DNA of 64,000 bases from Candidatus Poribacteria bacterium (GTDB lineage: Bacteria > Poribacteria > WGA-4E > WGA-3G), in assembly GCA_965197475.1 (NCBI GenBank), contig CBDANF010000003.1, positions 224,001-288,000 of the forward strand, written 5' to 3'. Below the pieces are notes generated by a model. That model worked only from the letters and a program-made list of their open reading frames with translations, had not been told where the DNA came from and did not search any database. Both the position numbers and the translations under genes were made by a program. This document shows, in pieces, positions 59,331 through 64,000 of this stretch (position 1 is the first letter of the stretch; each line of letters starts with the position of its first letter).

Positions 59331-60452
59331 TTACTCGTTTTTGGGTAGAAAAGTGACTTTGACTGTGTCGGCAAAAGTATTTTTTCGACGCTTGTTAGCG
59401 GGCGGATCCGTTTGGATCTTTCCCTGAGCCTCAAGTTTGGCAAGAATCTCTTTATAGTTCCCTGAAACATACCATGTGCCAACATTGTGCCGATCAAAAA
59501 TCTGCTGCATCGTCATCGTCCTACCTGCAAATTCTGTCAACAATATTTCAGCTAAATCGTCAAGAGGACGTGAATATCCAAATAAGAGGAGTTGTTTCTC
59601 AGTAGCAGGAGTATATTCAAATGAAGGCACACCTTGTTCGGAGTCCGAACTTTCTTGAGCCATGATATCCTTCATAATCTTATAACCTGTTTTATTCTTA
59701 GAAACGAAGATTAAATAGTGACTTGAACGTTTTCCATCTTCTTTTTTGAAACAAAATGGCAGAACGTACTCACCCGCTTTTTCTTTTAAAGCCTGACTAA
59801 TTGTCTCAATTATAGATAACTCCCGTTCGGCTGAACTCAAAGTTGTTGGGAGACTTCGGAGCTCATCTGCGCGTTCTTTACCGAATAGAGCATCTATATG
59901 TTTTTGAACAGATGGAATACTAATACTCCTATTAATACTATTATAGTTGAAGAAAAACATACAATCACACCCCCAGTTTTTGAGGGCTGAACTGATAAGT
60001 TCAAGGGAAAGTCCTTTGTATCCCCATGGATCCACAAAAAACAGTGCAGGCATTCCTTTTACAGTATCTAAAATCTGAACAGATACGTCCTCTTCACCCA
60101 TTTCCGAATTTGTAACGATAGGTTTGTTTTTGAGAGTGTCTATGCCTTCAATTAAGTTGATAGCATCTTCAAGACTTTTAGTATACTTAGGATTAGCATC
60201 GTTAAAAACACTAATGAGTCTGTCTCGTATTTTTTGATCGTGAATTGCTTTTTCAAGGACAAGAAGAGGAGTAGATTTCGATCCGTCAGCATATCTACCT
60301 GGACCGGCAAAAAAATCAACATAGCCAATTCTATTGATTTTATTTTTTGTGCCAATTATGACATTTGCCCATGCCCAGAAGTATTTCTCAACAATTCTTG
60401 CTTTAACCTGTGACTGTTCTTTGGATTCATCAAAAAAAGAACTATCTTGCAT
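59331..60452 (-). CDS. tcmP: Three-Cys-motif partner protein (methyltransferase-like fold, C-terminal wHTH)
   Basis: YVDFFAGPG SAM-binding-like motif and FVDPWG; directly upstream of the DUF5131 gene. Confidence 0.85.
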   Translation of the reverse strand: MQDSSFFDESKEQSQVKARIVEKYFWAWANVIIGTKNKINRIGYVDFFAGPGRYADGSKSTPLLVLEKAIHDQKIRDRLISVFNDANPKYTKSLEDAINLIEGIDTLKNKPIVTNSEMGEEDVSVQILDTVKGMPALFFVDPWGYKGLSLELISSALKNWGCDCMFFFNYNSINRSISIPSVQKHIDALFGKERADELRSLPTTLSSAERELSIIETISQALKEKAGEYVLPFCFKKEDGKRSSHYLIFVSKNKTGYKIMKDIMAQESSDSEQGVPSFEYTPATEKQLLLFGYSRPLDDLAEILLTEFAGRTMTMQQIFDRHNVGTWYVSGNYKEILAKLEAQGKIQTDPPANKRRKNTFADTVKVTFLPKNE

Positions 60453-60653
60453 AATCTCCCCTAATTATAATAGTATCACACATGTATTATTTTGTCAAAT
60501 TTTAATTAACTATCTACAAATTCAATCTTTCTTGTGTTGATTACTTAATACTCTCAAAGCAGTTTCAACTTCAGCTGCTAAGTCTTCAGCGGTGAGTTCA
60601 GCAAAAGGTGAAATGCCAGCAGCGGACATCAACTTGAAAACCTCTATCGTAAA

Positions 60654-60977
60654 TCATAAGTTTTCGCGTTCCTCAATAATGGCACGACTACCAAGATTGT
60701 CATCTGGTTTTATGCCATCTTCCAAGAGAAGCTGCTGAATTTCTTCTGCTGTGGGGATTGCGGTGTCGGCCTCCGGTTTTCTGAGTGCTTTTTCAATTGA
60801 AGGACGCAACCTCTCGTTCTGTGCATTGACCCTTGCAGATTGCGCTGCTGCGCTCTCTTCGGGAGGCAAAGATTTTATGAAAAACGGTTGAAGTTTTTCT
60901 AACTCCTTTTTCACTTCTGCTAACTCCCACTCAAGCTGCTCAATTTTTATAATAAGTTTGGTTATAGCGGGTATCAT
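60654..60977 (-). CDS. Hypothetical antitoxin-like protein
   Basis: GAGGAG RBS, N-terminal coiled coil and a C-terminal SRAIIEERE; the stop overlaps an ATGA. Confidence 0.55.
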   Translation of the reverse strand: MIPAITKLIIKIEQLEWELAEVKKELEKLQPFFIKSLPPEESAAAQSARVNAQNERLRPSIEKALRKPEADTAIPTAEEIQQLLLEDGIKPDDNLGSRAIIEERENL

Positions 60978-61068
60978 AGGTGTTCTCCTCTCTATCTGTT
61001 GCGCGTTTGCGCTATTAAAGGGCGGTTTTAGGACATCTATGGCCTTGACAAGTTCGTTTTGAAGGTAG

Positions 61069-63810
61069 TTAATGCTGATATTCGTTGTAAAGAGGCTTTA
61101 AGAAATCAAGACCACCTTCCGCAAATTGAATACAGATCTGGTTGGCAATCTCTTTCTGTCCTGAATTATATAAAATACGGATGGTTTCTATAACTTCGTC
61201 CTGTTCCAAGAACGGGCCAAGTAAAGTGTTTTTTATCCCTTTCTTAGACAGTTCTAGATAAATAATACCAACCTCAGTTGGTGTCTCGGAGGCATGCTTT
61301 AACAACGTTTTACTGAGAATACGGATATCCCAAGTAACATGCCTTACGGACAACTTTAACCATTCGAGGGCTTCCTCATCTATGCTATCAATAAATATCA
61401 CCCATTTAGATAATACATCTAAAACTTTTGAATATTTCTTTTCATCTTTGTTTTGGGAAAGAAATTTAAACATAAAGCACCATGCGGCTCTAACCTTCTC
61501 CTTATCTTCCTCGGATAGATTATCTCTTTGATCCCAGAAAAAATTAACAATAACAGAGAGAAAGTTTGGATTGCTGCTGTTTACTACTTGATAAATTAAA
61601 CTGATTTTGTCGTCCAAATTTTCGTAATCTTCTAACCAGAAGGTACAAATGTGTGTCGCAAGTGCGGCCTCAACATCAGGATAAGCAAAATTGGTATTTA
61701 GTGCTTTTTGATAGTGTTCGCCTTTCTTAAGTATGAAGTACAGAAATTTACAGATTTTGCCAGAGGTAAGCAAGTACATTGAAAAGGTTACATACCAATG
61801 ATGCTCATTCTGCAGCGGGAATATACGATCTACATTATCTACGACCCACTTCTGATCAAGGTAAAACAAATTCGGCAAGAAGGCACCAAGCATGAAAGAA
61901 AATTCAAAAGAGGATTCTATGTTTCTATCCAATCTTTTGGTGAGATCTGCTTTGATCGCCTGAGGCCACAAAAAACCTGTTCGTTGGTTATCACTTGTAC
62001 GAGCAAAACGCAAAGTATACTCCATCATCGCCCAAAATACCATACCTTTGGAGGAATTCAAAAATGTACTCATTGGAGTTTCCTTAAGAACACATTTTGA
62101 TTTCGCCTTCTCCACAAGCATTAAAAGTACCTGTTCTGCAAGAGGTAAGAGCTGTGAATCAAAACCATGGAGATCATCATTTGTTCCGGCTGCTATCAAC
62201 TCTGCAACGTCGGCAAGAATTTGATCCTTATATTTAACGCCATCTGCCTCCTGCTCAGTCCAGAAATGTTCTAACGAGAGGATTCCATGGCAAAACCTAA
62301 GTAACGCTTTCCAATCATTTTCTTGCCTATCCTGTAATGCAGCCAACAAGTCAGATAATACTGAGTGCTGGTCAGGCGAAAAGACATCTTGGAAAACACG
62401 TAGGTAACTCGTAAACCGTTGTAAAATTACCGATACAAATTCTCTATATACATTTTCTAATCCTTGTTCAGTTAGATGTTTGTTTTTATCTACAGCTTCG
62501 CTTGTTTGTCTTAGAAATTCAAGTCTGTCCTCGCTTGACATATTAGACAATAATTCTGTAAGTGCAGGATTAGTATTTTGTTCTATGCTCTCTATCAAAC
62601 GATTTGCACCACGCCAAAATGCCGTAACATTTTTATTTTGTTTATTCCAATTTTCCCAGGCAGATGCAATGAAAGTGTCATGTTCACTTTTTCTTTTATC
62701 TTTAGGGAGAGCATCAATAATCCGAATTATTTGTTGACTTAGGGTACTACTCTCAATAATCTTTTCCCTTGTATCTTCAGCACAACCAATAATCATATCA
62801 ACAATTTCCGCAAGTGTGTCAATAGTTGCCTGACAAGGATGCTTTTTGGTACGTTCAGCAATTCTTTCTACATATTTGAGGGCATGCCACTGCAAAACCT
62901 TATTAGATTCTATAGTTTTTGCACTTGTCTTAGTCAATGAACTTGATTCAGAATCAAACCATCCTGCATCTATAAGTGGTTTCCACCAGTCAAACCAATC
63001 AAGTTCTTTTGTGGAAATTTCAAAGCGTTCTACGACTATGTTAGATTCTGGATCAAACCATCCATCCTTTTTTAATGGTTTTAGCCAGGTGGGCCAAGGA
63101 AGTTTTTCAAAGAAATATTCACGTCTTGTTTCCGATTTCAACAGATTCGGCAAAACTTTTCTTATTTCTTTGGTTGGTTCCTCGTGATCAAGGATTCGAT
63201 CCACTACTTTGATAAGGAAATTCAGATAGTTACCCACCAAATCTGCTAAAACATCCTCAAATTCATTCCACAGTGGGATAAAGGTTTCTCTGTCCCGTGG
63301 GGGTTTCCAAACTCCGCGACGATGGGCAAATTTATGAAATTTCCCAGTGACTTCCAGCCACCTCTCAGCTAGTGGGGAAGGCTCGTTAATACCCAAAGAT
63401 TGTAGAATTGAGGTTTTATGTTTCCCGATTCGGTTGTAAGTCACTGTGACGGCACCAGGTACATTGATGGCGAACTCAAACCTGTCTGTTTTTCCTTTTT
63501 CGTAGTTAAATTTGTTGCCATCAGGTGTGGTGATAACAAATTCAAGTTCTTCCTTTTTATCTGCTGACAGGACATTTCTTAAACCTCCATCAATTTCCCT
63601 AGTGATATGCGCTAAGAGGTTAGCCGCAGTTTCCAAGTCATTATTTTGTAGAATTCGGATACCGTCGAGATAAAAGGCTGCGATTTCGGGCCCGATAGCT
63701 TCCAAATTTCGATAAATTTCAGTTTGCCGCGGGGATAATTCAAGATCGCGGTTTTGAAATCTCTCAGGTGTCTGCGATAAGTCTTGTTCTTTGCCAAATC
63801 CGTTTTTCAT
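61069..63810 (-). CDS. Large helical hypothetical protein (913 aa), candidate defence protein
   Basis: GGAGG RBS, N-terminal AHITREI...KFAH segment, duplicated WxKPLxxxGWFDxES motif and a long helical-repeat C-terminus; no Walker A seen. Confidence 0.7.
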   Translation of the reverse strand: MKNGFGKEQDLSQTPERFQNRDLELSPRQTEIYRNLEAIGPEIAAFYLDGIRILQNNDLETAANLLAHITREIDGGLRNVLSADKKEELEFVITTPDGNKFNYEKGKTDRFEFAINVPGAVTVTYNRIGKHKTSILQSLGINEPSPLAERWLEVTGKFHKFAHRRGVWKPPRDRETFIPLWNEFEDVLADLVGNYLNFLIKVVDRILDHEEPTKEIRKVLPNLLKSETRREYFFEKLPWPTWLKPLKKDGWFDPESNIVVERFEISTKELDWFDWWKPLIDAGWFDSESSSLTKTSAKTIESNKVLQWHALKYVERIAERTKKHPCQATIDTLAEIVDMIIGCAEDTREKIIESSTLSQQIIRIIDALPKDKRKSEHDTFIASAWENWNKQNKNVTAFWRGANRLIESIEQNTNPALTELLSNMSSEDRLEFLRQTSEAVDKNKHLTEQGLENVYREFVSVILQRFTSYLRVFQDVFSPDQHSVLSDLLAALQDRQENDWKALLRFCHGILSLEHFWTEQEADGVKYKDQILADVAELIAAGTNDDLHGFDSQLLPLAEQVLLMLVEKAKSKCVLKETPMSTFLNSSKGMVFWAMMEYTLRFARTSDNQRTGFLWPQAIKADLTKRLDRNIESSFEFSFMLGAFLPNLFYLDQKWVVDNVDRIFPLQNEHHWYVTFSMYLLTSGKICKFLYFILKKGEHYQKALNTNFAYPDVEAALATHICTFWLEDYENLDDKISLIYQVVNSSNPNFLSVIVNFFWDQRDNLSEEDKEKVRAAWCFMFKFLSQNKDEKKYSKVLDVLSKWVIFIDSIDEEALEWLKLSVRHVTWDIRILSKTLLKHASETPTEVGIIYLELSKKGIKNTLLGPFLEQDEVIETIRILYNSGQKEIANQICIQFAEGGLDFLKPLYNEYQH

Positions 63811-64000
63811 ATTTTACACCCTCCTTTAAGTTCCGTGCTAACATTTTAACACGTCCCAAACCCAATTTCAATCGAATTTCTGCGCCTCCGCCTCCAAATC
63901 ACACCGCGATTTTTTACCGCCGTGAATGCTCGGCTCGGCGCAGAGCTTCTCACGGAGCCGACCCACCGCAGTATGCACATCCGCAGAGGTGATGCCCAAA

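Noticed and set aside
63860-64000. GC-rich hairpin-containing stretch at the window end
   Set aside because: Truncated by the window edge; cannot be assigned to an RNA, repeat or gene.

Overview
Bacterial chromosomal window. LamG proteins ending in a VEPxxKLTTxWGxIK tail, ECF-sigma/beta-propeller fusions and TPR, WD40 and ASPIC-UnbV expansions suggest Candidatus Poribacteria or a similar sponge-associated lineage; this is inference from family style, not a search. Housekeeping blocks are pepP, oppD/oppF, rimI, tsaD-tsaC, a corrinoid/RACo/homocysteine methyltransferase trio, trpF, dnaE and ackA. They alternate with accessory DNA: a type III R-M locus interleaved with toxin-antitoxin genes, an MNT-HEPN fusion, a TcmP-DUF5131 pair, two MITE families and several frameshifted genes. 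The most striking item is a complete 1,970-bp IS1595-family element (perfect 29-bp TIRs, near-perfect 8-bp TSD). It carries its own promoter, a tightly folded pseudoknotted non-coding RNA with HDV-ribozyme-like stem order, and two unknown passenger genes. At its other end is a palindromic pair of overlapping promoters that may drive a second small RNA. No rRNA, tRNA or CRISPR array was seen.
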